Shown: piece after piece, positions 7,526 through 15,644 of the stretch
Position numbering within the stretch: position 1 is the first letter of the stretch
How the letters are laid out: the number at the start of each line of letters is the position of its first letter
From: Clostridia bacterium
Lineage (GTDB): Bacteria > Bacillota > Clostridia > Christensenellales > Aristaeellaceae
Reading direction: 5' to 3'
Assembly: GCA_045617125.1 (NCBI GenBank)
Contig: JAZLIA010000023.1
Span: 1 to 18,984, forward strand
Length of the DNA: 18,984 nt
Made by a program: the position numbers and the translations under genes
Notes under the pieces: generated by a model
Told to the model about the DNA's origin: nothing
Database searches by the model: none
What the model saw: only the letters and a program-made list of their open reading frames with translations

Positions 7526-8316
7526 CAGATCAGTCTGTTCTTCTGTTCGCGCTCAGCCTTGCGCAGTTCCTGTTTTTTTCGCTGCCGCCTGACCCGGGCA
7601 TTATTGCGGTTGATACTGTCCTGAACGCCGGCACGCTGCCTGGGACCGGTAAGATACCCGAACGCATAGGGAAGGAACGGGATGATCACCAAAAGTGGGC
7701 TGAGCCTGTCAATAACATAACGGGCATTCATATCTGTAGAGGATACCATATTGAGGAAGGGATAAATGCAGGTACGCACAACCAAGCTGAGCACTCCGAC
7801 CAGCCCGATGCTTTCCGTTTCCGTATAATAGCGAAGGGCAAGATAATCCCCTTCCCCGGCAGAGGAAGAGATCCAGGAAGGTAAACTCTGCAGATGGTAG
7901 GTATCCTTTTCGCACATCAGGGCATAAACAAGGCAGATGTACACGGGGATCAGCACCGCGATCAGCGTAGTCACAAACCCCTTTGCCGGATGAAAGGATT
8001 TTTCCTTTTCTTCATTTGTAACGGTGCGTCCGGTCTCCTGCTTACCGTAGGCGATCTGCCCAGTGCACACATCCTCATCTCCCGCTTTCACGCCTTCCAT
8101 CCACACCAGCGCACCGCATACCGCGATTAGGACCAAGGAGGTGATCACGTGTAAAACCGCACCGCCAATGGACAGTGACGCTCCCAACAGCAGGTAAAAC
8201 AGAATAAACACAACCTGAAACGCCAGCAGCCTTGTTCCCCGTTTCAGCACCTGCTTGCTAAAAGGTTTTCCTTTCAGATAGGGTTTGCAGACCGGTTTTG
8301 TTTTCTTGTTTGCCAT
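7525..8316 (-). CDS. Hypothetical integral membrane protein (about 5 predicted TM helices, basic N- and C-termini)
   Basis: 263-aa ORF with five hydrophobic stretches of about 20 aa and a K/R-rich tail (RVRRQRKKQELRKAEREQKNR). Its stop overlaps the rsmD ATG by 1 nt (TGATG). I recognise no family motif. Confidence 0.65.
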   Translation of the reverse strand: MANKKTKPVCKPYLKGKPFSKQVLKRGTRLLAFQVVFILFYLLLGASLSIGGAVLHVITSLVLIAVCGALVWMEGVKAGDEDVCTGQIAYGKQETGRTVTNEEKEKSFHPAKGFVTTLIAVLIPVYICLVYALMCEKDTYHLQSLPSWISSSAGEGDYLALRYYTETESIGLVGVLSLVVRTCIYPFLNMVSSTDMNARYVIDRLSPLLVIIPFLPYAFGYLTGPRQRAGVQDSINRNNARVRRQRKKQELRKAEREQKNRLI

Positions 8317-8331
8317 CCGTCATTTCCTTTC

Positions 8332-9429
8332 TTACAGTCCCACATACTCGATCGGTACTCTCGCTGTTGCAGAAAGCAGCACCTCATAGCAGATCGTACC
8401 GGTCCAGGAGGCCAGTTCTTCCGCATCGATCCGCTCATTTCCCTGCGAACCCAGAAGCACAGCCGGATCTCCCTTCTGCACGTCGAGGCCCGTTACATCC
8501 ACCAGCATCTGATCCATGCAGATCCTGCCCAGCACCTTACAGCGTTTCCCGTGCATCAGCACATAAGCCTTTTCTCCCGCCGCACGGTGATAGCCGTCGC
8601 CGTAGCCAACCGCCAAGGTCGCCACCCGCATATCCCGGGGAGCGGTAAAGGTGCGGCCGTAGCTAAGCTGGTCTCCCTTTTTTACATCCTTCACATACAC
8701 CGCTTCAGTAAAGAAGCTGAGAGCGGGACGCACTGAAACATCCGTTTCCACCGGCGCATAACCGTAAAGCACGATTCCGGCTCTCACCATATCATATCCG
8801 GCCCGTTCAAACCGAAGCATTCCTGCCGAAGCTGCGGCATGACGCAGAATACCCGCCGGAAGCAGGGAGCACAACTTTTCAAAGCGTTTCATCTGCATCA
8901 GCGAATACGCTTCGTCTTCTCCATCCGCATCGCTGAAATGAGTAAACACCCCAGTCAAGTGCACCAAAGAGCATTTTTTCAACGCATCCAGTACTTCTGT
9001 TACTTCCTCTTCCGTGCGTGCCCCGATCCGTCCCATTCCGGTATCCAGCTTCAAATGCACCTCCGCTTCTGTATCCAGAGCTTCACACTGGGCCTGAAGC
9101 TGCTCCACACCCATCCTGTCAAACACAGTCTGGATCAAATGGAAGCGCACGCTTGCCGAAGCTCCCGGCACATTCACACCGCCAAGCACAAGAATGGGAG
9201 CGCGGATCCCGTTTTCGCGCAGCACGACACCCTCCTCGGGAATAGCCACACCCAGCATATCCGCACCATTTTCCAAAGCCACCCGAGCCACCTGAAGCAG
9301 CCCGTGACCGTACGCATTGGCCTTTACGACCGCGAGCATACGGGTGTTTCCAAATTTCTTCTTGAGCGCAATGGTATTATCCCGGATCGCGGAAAGATCC
9401 ACCTGGATAAATGTTCCTCTGCAGTGCAA
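8332..9429 (-). CDS. alr: Alanine racemase
   Basis: AVVKANAYGHG (PLP lysine), the IQVDLSAIRDN N-terminal motif and typical length. I prefer the TTG start at 9429 (GGAGG 8 nt upstream). The longest ORF starts at GTG 9456 without a good RBS. Confidence 0.88.
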   Translation of the reverse strand: MHCRGTFIQVDLSAIRDNTIALKKKFGNTRMLAVVKANAYGHGLLQVARVALENGADMLGVAIPEEGVVLRENGIRAPILVLGGVNVPGASASVRFHLIQTVFDRMGVEQLQAQCEALDTEAEVHLKLDTGMGRIGARTEEEVTEVLDALKKCSLVHLTGVFTHFSDADGEDEAYSLMQMKRFEKLCSLLPAGILRHAAASAGMLRFERAGYDMVRAGIVLYGYAPVETDVSVRPALSFFTEAVYVKDVKKGDQLSYGRTFTAPRDMRVATLAVGYGDGYHRAAGEKAYVLMHGKRCKVLGRICMDQMLVDVTGLDVQKGDPAVLLGSQGNERIDAEELASWTGTICYEVLLSATARVPIEYVGL

Positions 9430-9473
9430 GTTATTTTCCTCCGACCGCCCGATCACTCAATTTTCTCATTCTT

Positions 9474-9941
9474 TCACAGTTTCCCAACGGCATCCTGTCC
9501 GATCAGGCGGATTTCTTTTTCTTCCAGCGTAGCACGGGCTTTCTCGTTGTCATTCGTGCGCAGTACGATCAGCGCATTCCCCTGATATGCCCGGTTGAAA
9601 GAATACATATATTCCACGCCCAACCCAGCCTGGTTCAGAATTCCCAGTATATCGGCTAATCCGCCGGGACGGTCCGGAACAGACACCACCGTCACATCAT
9701 CCACCCGGGTGGTATAGCCAGTCTGTTCCAACAACGGAACGGCTTCCTTCCAGGAAGAAGAAATGAAACGAACGATTCCGAAGGACGCCGTATCTGCGAT
9801 GGAGATCGAAACCAGATCAATGCCGTTCTGAGCCAATATTCGCGTCAGCTCCGCTATTTTTCCGGCGCTATTTTCCAAAAAAACCGATACCTGCTTAGCA
9901 AACACGTTCCGGCACATCCTTTCCTTCCGTGTGATCTTCAT
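9474..9941 (-). CDS. ACT domain-containing protein (PaaK/IOR-associated type)
   Basis: Two ACT-like halves (QVSVFLENSAGKIAELTRILAQNGIDL... and VSVPDRPGGLADILGILNQAGLGVEYMY). The start may instead be ATG 9917 (GGAAGGAAAGG upstream) if the promoter at 9950-9978 is real. Confidence 0.8.
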   Translation of the reverse strand: MKITRKERMCRNVFAKQVSVFLENSAGKIAELTRILAQNGIDLVSISIADTASFGIVRFISSSWKEAVPLLEQTGYTTRVDDVTVVSVPDRPGGLADILGILNQAGLGVEYMYSFNRAYQGNALIVLRTNDNEKARATLEEKEIRLIGQDAVGKL

Positions 9942-9949
9942 TCCTGATC

Positions 9950-9978
9950 ATTATATCATGAAATCGCAAAAACAGCAA
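9950..9978 (-). promoter_or_regulatory. Possible internal promoter ahead of the ACT-alr genes
   Basis: Minus strand reads TTGCTG (9978-9973), 17 nt including an extended TGa, then TATAAT (9955-9950). The -35 is weak. Confidence 0.35.
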
Positions 9979-9987
9979 ATCGGCCCT

Positions 9988-11292
9988 CTAAACCTTGCGG
10001 TTGTCAACGATCCGCTTCGCTTTTCCGTCTGTTCTCGGAAGTGAACCCGGCGCACACAGCTTCACCTGACAGGAAACGAGAACCTCGCTTGCAAGCTGCT
10101 GACGGATACGGTTCTGCAGTTCCTCCAGCTCACGTACCGTATCCGATATCAGCCCCCGCTCCATTTCGACCTGCACTTCCAATGTATCCAGGCTGCCCTT
10201 CCGGTCCACGATCAATTGATACTGAGCGGTCACTCCGGGCACCTGAAGCAGGGCATGCTCGATCTGGGAGGGGAATACATTGACCCCACGGATGATCAGC
10301 ATATCATCCGTGCGGGCATGGACCCGTTTCAGCTTTCTGTGAGTTCTTCCGCAGGAACAAAGGCCCGTGCTCAACCCGCTCAAATCGTGTGTGCGGTAGC
10401 GGATCAAAGGCATGGCTTCCTTGTTAATCGTCGTGATCACCAGTTCCCCCTCCTGCCCATCCGGCAAAGGCTGAAGCTCCTTATCCAGGATCTCCGGAAT
10501 GAACTGGTCTTCCCATATATGCAGCCCGTTTTTCTCTCTGCATTCCATGGCCACACCGGGCCCCATCATTTCAGTAAGACCGTAAATGTCCCTAGCCTCG
10601 ATTCCCAGTTTTTCTTCCAGACCGGCACGCATCTCGTCCGTCCAGGGTTCTGCACCAAAAACTCCGATCCGAAGGCTGATATCCTCCCGCGTCATTCCCT
10701 CCTTCTCCATCGCATCTGCCAGATTGAGCGCATAAGAGGGCGTGCATAAAAGGACTGTAGGCGCAAAATCTCTTAAAAGCATAAGCTGTCTCTGAGTGTT
10801 TCCGCCGCTCACCGGGATCACAGCGGCGCCCAGACGTTCAGCTCCGTAATGAGCCCCCAGGCCGCCTGTAAACAGGCCATAACCATAGGAGATATGCACG
10901 GTGTCCTCATCTGTCACCCCTGCACAGGCAAGGCCGCGCGCCACCAGATCGGCCCAGTTATCGAGGTCATTTCTGGTATATCCCGTCACGGTAGGCTTTC
11001 CGGTGGTTCCTGAAGAGGCATGAATGCGAATGATCTTTTTCCGTTCCACAGCAAACAAACCGAAAGGATAGTTCTCCCTCAGATCTTTCTTCTCAGTGAA
11101 CGGGAGCAGACGGATATCCTCTGCATCCCGGATATCCTCCGGCCGCACTCCGCACATATCCATTTTGGCGCGATAAAACGGCACGTGATCATACACCCGG
11201 CGCACAGTCTGCTTCAACCTTTCCGTCTGCAAGGAATGAAGTTCATCCCGGGACATCGTTTCGATCTTCGCGTCCCACATCCTGTTTTCCAT
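9988..11292 (-). CDS. paaK: Phenylacetate--CoA ligase family protein (aryl-acetate adenylating enzyme)
   Basis: 434 aa. MWDAKIETMSRDELHSLQTERLKQTVRRVYDHVPFYRAKMD, IHASSGTTGKPTV (AMP-binding P-loop) and YGLTEMMGPGV. Length and motifs fit the PaaK family. Confidence 0.9.
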   Translation of the reverse strand: MENRMWDAKIETMSRDELHSLQTERLKQTVRRVYDHVPFYRAKMDMCGVRPEDIRDAEDIRLLPFTEKKDLRENYPFGLFAVERKKIIRIHASSGTTGKPTVTGYTRNDLDNWADLVARGLACAGVTDEDTVHISYGYGLFTGGLGAHYGAERLGAAVIPVSGGNTQRQLMLLRDFAPTVLLCTPSYALNLADAMEKEGMTREDISLRIGVFGAEPWTDEMRAGLEEKLGIEARDIYGLTEMMGPGVAMECREKNGLHIWEDQFIPEILDKELQPLPDGQEGELVITTINKEAMPLIRYRTHDLSGLSTGLCSCGRTHRKLKRVHARTDDMLIIRGVNVFPSQIEHALLQVPGVTAQYQLIVDRKGSLDTLEVQVEMERGLISDTVRELEELQNRIRQQLASEVLVSCQVKLCAPGSLPRTDGKAKRIVDNRKV

Positions 11293-11295
11293 TCT

Positions 11296-11862
11296 TCACT
11301 TCACCCCAGCTGCTTTTCGGCCTTCCTCGAATGCTTTCAGGTTGATCTCCAGTGTTTTAGGAGGCACACACGCGGTAATCGCGTCCTTCCAGTACTGTTC
11401 ATCCCACTCGCTGAAAGCGGAAAGCACGCCCAGCAGCACAATATTCACTGATCTTGCGCTTCCTGCTTTTTCTGCAAGCATCAGAGCATCCAGAGGCACC
11501 TGGTTTTTCGCGCAGGGCTTTTCTTCGGGATATGCTGCCTTTCCGGTGATCACCGGCATGGGCAGCATGCGCTGGGTATTGTAGATCATCACGCCGTTTT
11601 CACAAAGATAGTTTTCTGCCCGGAGCGCTTCCAGCATTTCAAAGGATAACACAAAATCGGCTTTTCCTTCATCCACTAAAGGAGAATCCACCTTCTCACC
11701 GATCCTCACATGAGTGATCACACTGCCGCCCCGCTGGCTCATGCCGTGAACCTCGCTCACCTTGATATCCTTGCCCATCTGCAGGGCAAGATAACCCAGG
11801 ATCTTGCTGGTCAGAAGGATTCCCTGTCCGCCGACTCCAACAATGATGATATTTCCGTTCAT
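11296..11862 (-). CDS. iorB: Indolepyruvate:ferredoxin oxidoreductase subunit beta
   Basis: From ATG 11862: MNGNIIIVGVGGQGILLTSKILG...VSEVHGMSQRGGSV (pyruvate/ketoisovalerate oxidoreductase gamma-type domain). ATGA overlap with the iorA stop. The ORF-track N-terminal extension lies inside iorA. Confidence 0.9.
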   Translation of the reverse strand: MNGNIIIVGVGGQGILLTSKILGYLALQMGKDIKVSEVHGMSQRGGSVITHVRIGEKVDSPLVDEGKADFVLSFEMLEALRAENYLCENGVMIYNTQRMLPMPVITGKAAYPEEKPCAKNQVPLDALMLAEKAGSARSVNIVLLGVLSAFSEWDEQYWKDAITACVPPKTLEINLKAFEEGRKAAGVK

Positions 11863-13580
11863 GCTTCCTCGCCTCCCCGGATGCATTTGAAGGGACACAT
11901 TCCGCTGCACAATCCGCATCCAACACACAGCGTGGTATTGACCTTTACACCATTTTCACCGCGTTCCAGAGCGGGACAACCGATCTTCATACAGGTTCCG
12001 CAGTTTTTGCAGTTTTCAATGCGTACGCTTGCCTTTTTCCGTTTATCCAATAGAGCACAGGCTCGTCTTGCGATCACGACAGACACCCCGTCATACATCA
12101 GCTCCTCACCCAGCACCTGACGGAAACCCTTCAGGTCATGAGGATCATGCACCCTTACATGAGCACCGATCGCAGTACACAATGCCTCAAGATCCAGCTG
12201 CGGCGCAGGATTGCCGTAAATGTCAAAACCGGTCGCAGGGTTCTGCTGATGTCCGGTCATGCCCGTAATGCGGTTATCCAGAATTACGACCGTCATCGTG
12301 CTCCTGTCATACACCGCGTCGATCAAGCCTGTGATCCCACTGTGGATAAACGTGGAATCCCCCAGCACGGCAACCGTCTTTTTGCTGAACTCCCGTCCCT
12401 GTGCCTTTTCAAGGCCATGCGCCATACCAATGGAAGCGCCCATGCACAGTGCGGCATCCATTCTTTCAACAGGAGGAAGAGCGCAAAGCGTGTAACAGCC
12501 GATATCGCCCATCACGTTGAGCCCCATCTGATTCAGCACAAAGAAGGTAGCCCGATGCGGACATCCCGGGCACAGCACAGGAGGACGGGCAGGCAATGCC
12601 TTCGCTGATATCGGGGCACTGTTTTCCTGTTTGAAAAGCTCCGCGATCCTTGCGGCACTCAGCTCACCCTGAAGCCCGGTCAGATCCTTTCCGGTCACTT
12701 CAATTCCCATTGCACGGATATCTTTTTCCAGTACGGGCTCCAGCTCCTCGATCACAACGGCGCGTTTCACCTGGCTCACAAAATCCCGGATCTGCTTTTC
12801 ATTGATGGGATAGGTAAGGCCCATTTTCAGAACGCTGGCTTCAGGAAGCGCTTCACGCACATACTGATACACCACGCCGCCGCAGATCACCCCCAGCTCC
12901 TTCCCGCGCATTTCGACACGGTTGACCGGCATTTCCCCAGCCTTTTCCGCCAGGAGCTTTTCTCTTTCCTCCACAAACACGTGACGTTTTTTTGCCATTC
13001 CGGGCATCATCACGTATTTCATATAATCCTTCTTATAGGGCACGTTTTCCTTCTCTTCCCTTTCGCCCACTTCCACAGGAGAGCGGCTGTGAGCCAGGCG
13101 GGTCGTCAAACGAAGGAACACAGGCGTATCGTATTCCTCACTTAAACGGTATGCCAGTTTCATGTAATCCTTGCATTCCTGGCTGTCAGCCGGTTCCAGC
13201 ATGGGCATATGCGCCGCTCTGGCATACATGCGGCTGTCCTGTTCATTCTGAGAGGAAAACATCGCGGGATCATCGGCACAGGCAATCACCAGCCCTCCGT
13301 TCACCCCGGTATAAGCCGCGGTAAAGATCGGATCAGCCGCCACATTAACGCCTACATGCTTCATGCAGCTCAAAGCCCGGGCGCCGCCCATGCAGGCTCC
13401 AAATGCCACTTCCACAGCGGTTTTCTCATTCGGAGCCCATTCACAGTTCATTTCTTTATATTTTGCACAGTTTTCCGTAATCTCGGTACTGGGTGTACCC
13501 GGATAACTGCTTACAACACGCACCCCGGCTTCCCAGGCGCCCTGAGCGATCGCTTCATTTCCCAGCATCAGCTTTTTCAT
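11859..13580 (-). CDS. iorA: Indolepyruvate:ferredoxin oxidoreductase subunit alpha (TPP-binding, with 2x[4Fe-4S] ferredoxin domain)
   Basis: MKKLMLGNEAIAQGAWEAGVRVVSSYPGTPSTEI, the GDSTFIHSGITGL TPP motif, and C-terminal CKNCGTCMKIGCP and CVGCGLCSGMCP clusters. Start taken at ATG 13580. There is no canonical SD upstream. Confidence 0.92.
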   Translation of the reverse strand: MKKLMLGNEAIAQGAWEAGVRVVSSYPGTPSTEITENCAKYKEMNCEWAPNEKTAVEVAFGACMGGARALSCMKHVGVNVAADPIFTAAYTGVNGGLVIACADDPAMFSSQNEQDSRMYARAAHMPMLEPADSQECKDYMKLAYRLSEEYDTPVFLRLTTRLAHSRSPVEVGEREEKENVPYKKDYMKYVMMPGMAKKRHVFVEEREKLLAEKAGEMPVNRVEMRGKELGVICGGVVYQYVREALPEASVLKMGLTYPINEKQIRDFVSQVKRAVVIEELEPVLEKDIRAMGIEVTGKDLTGLQGELSAARIAELFKQENSAPISAKALPARPPVLCPGCPHRATFFVLNQMGLNVMGDIGCYTLCALPPVERMDAALCMGASIGMAHGLEKAQGREFSKKTVAVLGDSTFIHSGITGLIDAVYDRSTMTVVILDNRITGMTGHQQNPATGFDIYGNPAPQLDLEALCTAIGAHVRVHDPHDLKGFRQVLGEELMYDGVSVVIARRACALLDKRKKASVRIENCKNCGTCMKIGCPALERGENGVKVNTTLCVGCGLCSGMCPFKCIRGGEEA

Positions 13581-13632
13581 AAACAGACACACTCGTTTTC
13601 TGCGGCTTACGCCACGATAATCATTCGCAAGC

Positions 13633-13652
13633 AGGTATAAAAATGTATACCT
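13633..13652 (-). promoter_or_regulatory. Perfect 7-bp inverted repeat (AGGTATA-N6-TATACCT) in the iorA leader
   Basis: Seen directly. It lies about 8-27 nt downstream of the predicted transcription start, with no U-run on either side, so it is an operator or RNA hairpin rather than a terminator. Confidence 0.4.
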
Positions 13653-13666
13653 CGCTACAGTTGCTC

Positions 13667-13695
13667 AGTATACCAAATCCTCCGTTATTTGAAAA
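13667..13695 (-). promoter_or_regulatory. Putative promoter of the iorA-iorB-paaK-ACT array
   Basis: Minus strand reads TTTTCA (13695-13690), 17 nt ending in an extended TGg, then TATACT (13672-13667). Confidence 0.45.
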
Positions 13696-13737
13696 GAGGA
13701 AAACACAAAAAAGACAGGGAAAGCAAGCCATACAAAT

Positions 13738-13761
13738 ATGCCCGGCTATCCGGCCGGGCAT
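13738..13761 (-). terminator. Terminator hairpin after the SPFH gene
   Basis: 9-bp GC-rich stem ATGCCCGGC / GCCGGGCAT with a 6-nt loop, 19 nt after the stop. The downstream tract on the minus strand is only moderately U-rich (AUUUGUAU). The plus side has a T-run, so it may act bidirectionally. Confidence 0.55.
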
Positions 13762-13779
13762 AAAAGCGTTTTTTGTTTT

Positions 13780-14757
13780 TTACTGCTTCGTTCCGCACTC
13801 AGGGCAGAACTTGGCATTCCGGGCGATTCTGGCGCCGCATTCCGGGCAGAATTTCGTGTCTCCCTGAGGAGCTGCAGCAGGCTGGACAGCATTCTGACTG
13901 GGAGACTGCATCCCCTGCCCCATCATCTGGTTCATCATCGCGACCGCGCCAAAGCCTGCGCCCAGACCGGCTGCGCCATTTTGATTGTTCGCTGCTTCGC
14001 GCATGGCTTCGGCAGCCTGATACCGGGTATACTGATCCAGATTGCCCACCACGCCCATGCTGGTGCGGCGGTCCATTGCCTTTTCCACTTCCTCGGGCAG
14101 ACTGACATTTTCGATCACAACACTGGTCAATTCCAGACCAAGGGGAGAAATGGCAGGCGAGATCGCACTCTGAGCATAACGGCCCAACTCGTCATAATTG
14201 GCAGCCAGATCCAGCGCAGGAATCTTGCTCTGAGCAATCGCATCACTGAGGCCCGAAACCAGCTTGCTCCGGATCGCACCGGCAACGCCGTCCACCTTCA
14301 TATAGGAGCTGGTTCCGAACACTTCCTTCAGGAATACGGCAGGATCGCTTACCCGAAAGGAATAGGTGCCAAAGGCACGGATACGAATAGGGCCAAACTC
14401 AGCATCCCTCATCATCACAGGATTGCTGGTTCCCCACTTTTGATCGATGAAGCGGTGCATGTTGATGAAATACACTTCCGCCTTGAAAGGAGAATTGAAG
14501 CCGTACTTCCAGCTGCGAAGGCTGGTAAGAAGAGGCATGTTCTGGGTCGTCAGCTCATATCTGCCGGGGCCGAACACATCTGCCATCTGACCTTCGTTCA
14601 CCAGGATCGCGACCTGGCTCTCACGCACCGTCAGCTGCGCTCCCATCTTGATCTCATGATCCTCCCGATCAAAGCAATACACCATAGTATCACGGGAATC
14701 CTCGGTCCATTCGATCACATCAACAAACTGACCTACCAATTTAGAAAAAAGTCCCAT
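13780..14757 (-). CDS. SPFH/Band-7 domain protein with a C-terminal double-CPECG zinc ribbon (YdjI-like, COG4260 type)
   Basis: MGLFSKLVGQFVDVIEWTED...GAQLTVRESQVAILVNEGQ is typical of the YdjI/virion-core-like SPFH group. A G/Q/M-rich linker precedes KFCPECGARIARNAKFCPECG. ATG 14757 is preferred (AAGGAGG 7 nt upstream). Confidence 0.85.
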   Translation of the reverse strand: MGLFSKLVGQFVDVIEWTEDSRDTMVYCFDREDHEIKMGAQLTVRESQVAILVNEGQMADVFGPGRYELTTQNMPLLTSLRSWKYGFNSPFKAEVYFINMHRFIDQKWGTSNPVMMRDAEFGPIRIRAFGTYSFRVSDPAVFLKEVFGTSSYMKVDGVAGAIRSKLVSGLSDAIAQSKIPALDLAANYDELGRYAQSAISPAISPLGLELTSVVIENVSLPEEVEKAMDRRTSMGVVGNLDQYTRYQAAEAMREAANNQNGAAGLGAGFGAVAMMNQMMGQGMQSPSQNAVQPAAAPQGDTKFCPECGARIARNAKFCPECGTKQ

Positions 14758-14759
14758 TT

Positions 14760-15578
14760 TCATTCCTCCTTAGCATCAACGGGAGCCATCAGTTCCCTGA
14801 TGCTCTCCAGAATACGGATCCGGGAAATATTCATATCCAGTTCCAGATAATTCTTGACCATTTCAAAGCTGTCATCCACATGTCGGCGCACCTTATCGGA
14901 AAGCACGGAAATATCGCCCGTTCCATCCGCCGGGATCGCAACAAGGCGGATATGTCGGGGGCTCACCACCGCGACCCCATAAAAGATCTCATCCTGATAG
15001 CGCCCGAAAAAGTTGTTTCTCAGGGCTGCTTCCAGTCTTTCCTGTCTCAGCGCCGGGTCATGCCGCTCACTCATGTAGATCTCGCCCTGCGGCATATCGA
15101 TATCAAACAGCATCAGCGGCTTTTCCGGGTCAAACCTGGCCCTGAGATAGATGAGCAGACGCTGCACATAGCTGAAATCACTGAGTTTCCCGGAAAGCAG
15201 ATCGTGAATGAATTCATCCTTCAGCTGCACCATCACCGTTTTAGGGTCATAATACTCGTCATAAAAATCCGCATGCAGCCGGTCCATCACACGAAGCAGC
15301 TCCTGCAGGATCCTCACCTGCTTTTCACTGTCCTCCGTCACTTCAAACACAGGAAGACTCGGCCGTCCGAATCGGAGATAACGGTTCAGATTATTGCCGT
15401 CGCTTTTTTCGAGCAGATACCCCACAGCATCGATCGCTTTGCTTTCAAGAGCGGTTACAGCCTCCTGGGATGAGGAAACGATATAAGGATGATGATAACC
15501 CATCCTGTGCCAGTCCACTCCATCCCGGAAGAAAGCCGCAACCTGCGCGTGATCTGTAGCAAGCAACAGTTTGTACAT
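14760..15578 (-). CDS. Hypothetical protein resembling the receiver plus middle region of YesN/AraC-type response regulators but lacking the HTH domain (pseudo-receiver)
   Basis: ATG 15578 with AGGAGG 5 nt upstream. MYKLLLATDHAQVAAFFRDGVDWHRMGY...SSQEAVTALESKAIDAVGYLLEKSDGNNL follows a receiver-domain pattern. It has TD instead of DD after beta1, and no Asp where I expect the phospho-acceptor. The protein ends at 272 aa with no AraC HTH. Assignment is by eye only. Confidence 0.6.
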   Translation of the reverse strand: MYKLLLATDHAQVAAFFRDGVDWHRMGYHHPYIVSSSQEAVTALESKAIDAVGYLLEKSDGNNLNRYLRFGRPSLPVFEVTEDSEKQVRILQELLRVMDRLHADFYDEYYDPKTVMVQLKDEFIHDLLSGKLSDFSYVQRLLIYLRARFDPEKPLMLFDIDMPQGEIYMSERHDPALRQERLEAALRNNFFGRYQDEIFYGVAVVSPRHIRLVAIPADGTGDISVLSDKVRRHVDDSFEMVKNYLELDMNISRIRILESIRELMAPVDAKEE

Positions 15579-15615
15579 CGGCACCTCCTACAAAAAAAAC
15601 AGATATTACTTTGAC

Positions 15616-15644
15616 ATTATACACAAAACTGTCCCATTTTACAA
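15616..15644 (-). promoter_or_regulatory. Putative promoter of the pseudo-receiver/SPFH operon
   Basis: Minus strand reads TTGTAA (15644-15639), 17 nt, then TATAAT (15621-15616), about 37 nt upstream of the ATG. Confidence 0.55.

Noticed and set aside
13607-13624. Mini-ORF MIIVA as a genuine leader peptide
   Set aside because: It has no RBS, is only 5 codons long, and has no obvious link to alternative terminator/antiterminator structures. It is kept only as a note within the iorA leader finding.
13783-13863. Direct DNA repeat (gcaytccgggcagaayttyg twice) at the 3' end of the SPFH gene as a possible repeat element
   Set aside because: It encodes the two KFCPECG knuckles of a zinc ribbon, so it is a coding duplication rather than a non-coding repeat.
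13738-14850. 370-aa plus-strand ORF antisense to the SPFH gene. Similar long antisense ORFs occur at 2764-3696, 59-793, 5725-6405, 6212-6985, 8839-9585, 15897-16580 and 17219-17764.
   Set aside because: Their translations are compositionally non-protein-like (H/R/L/S/C-rich with homopolymeric runs) and they lack an RBS. Each lies fully opposite a gene with clear family motifs. They are shadow ORFs typical of codon-biased, moderately GC-rich DNA.
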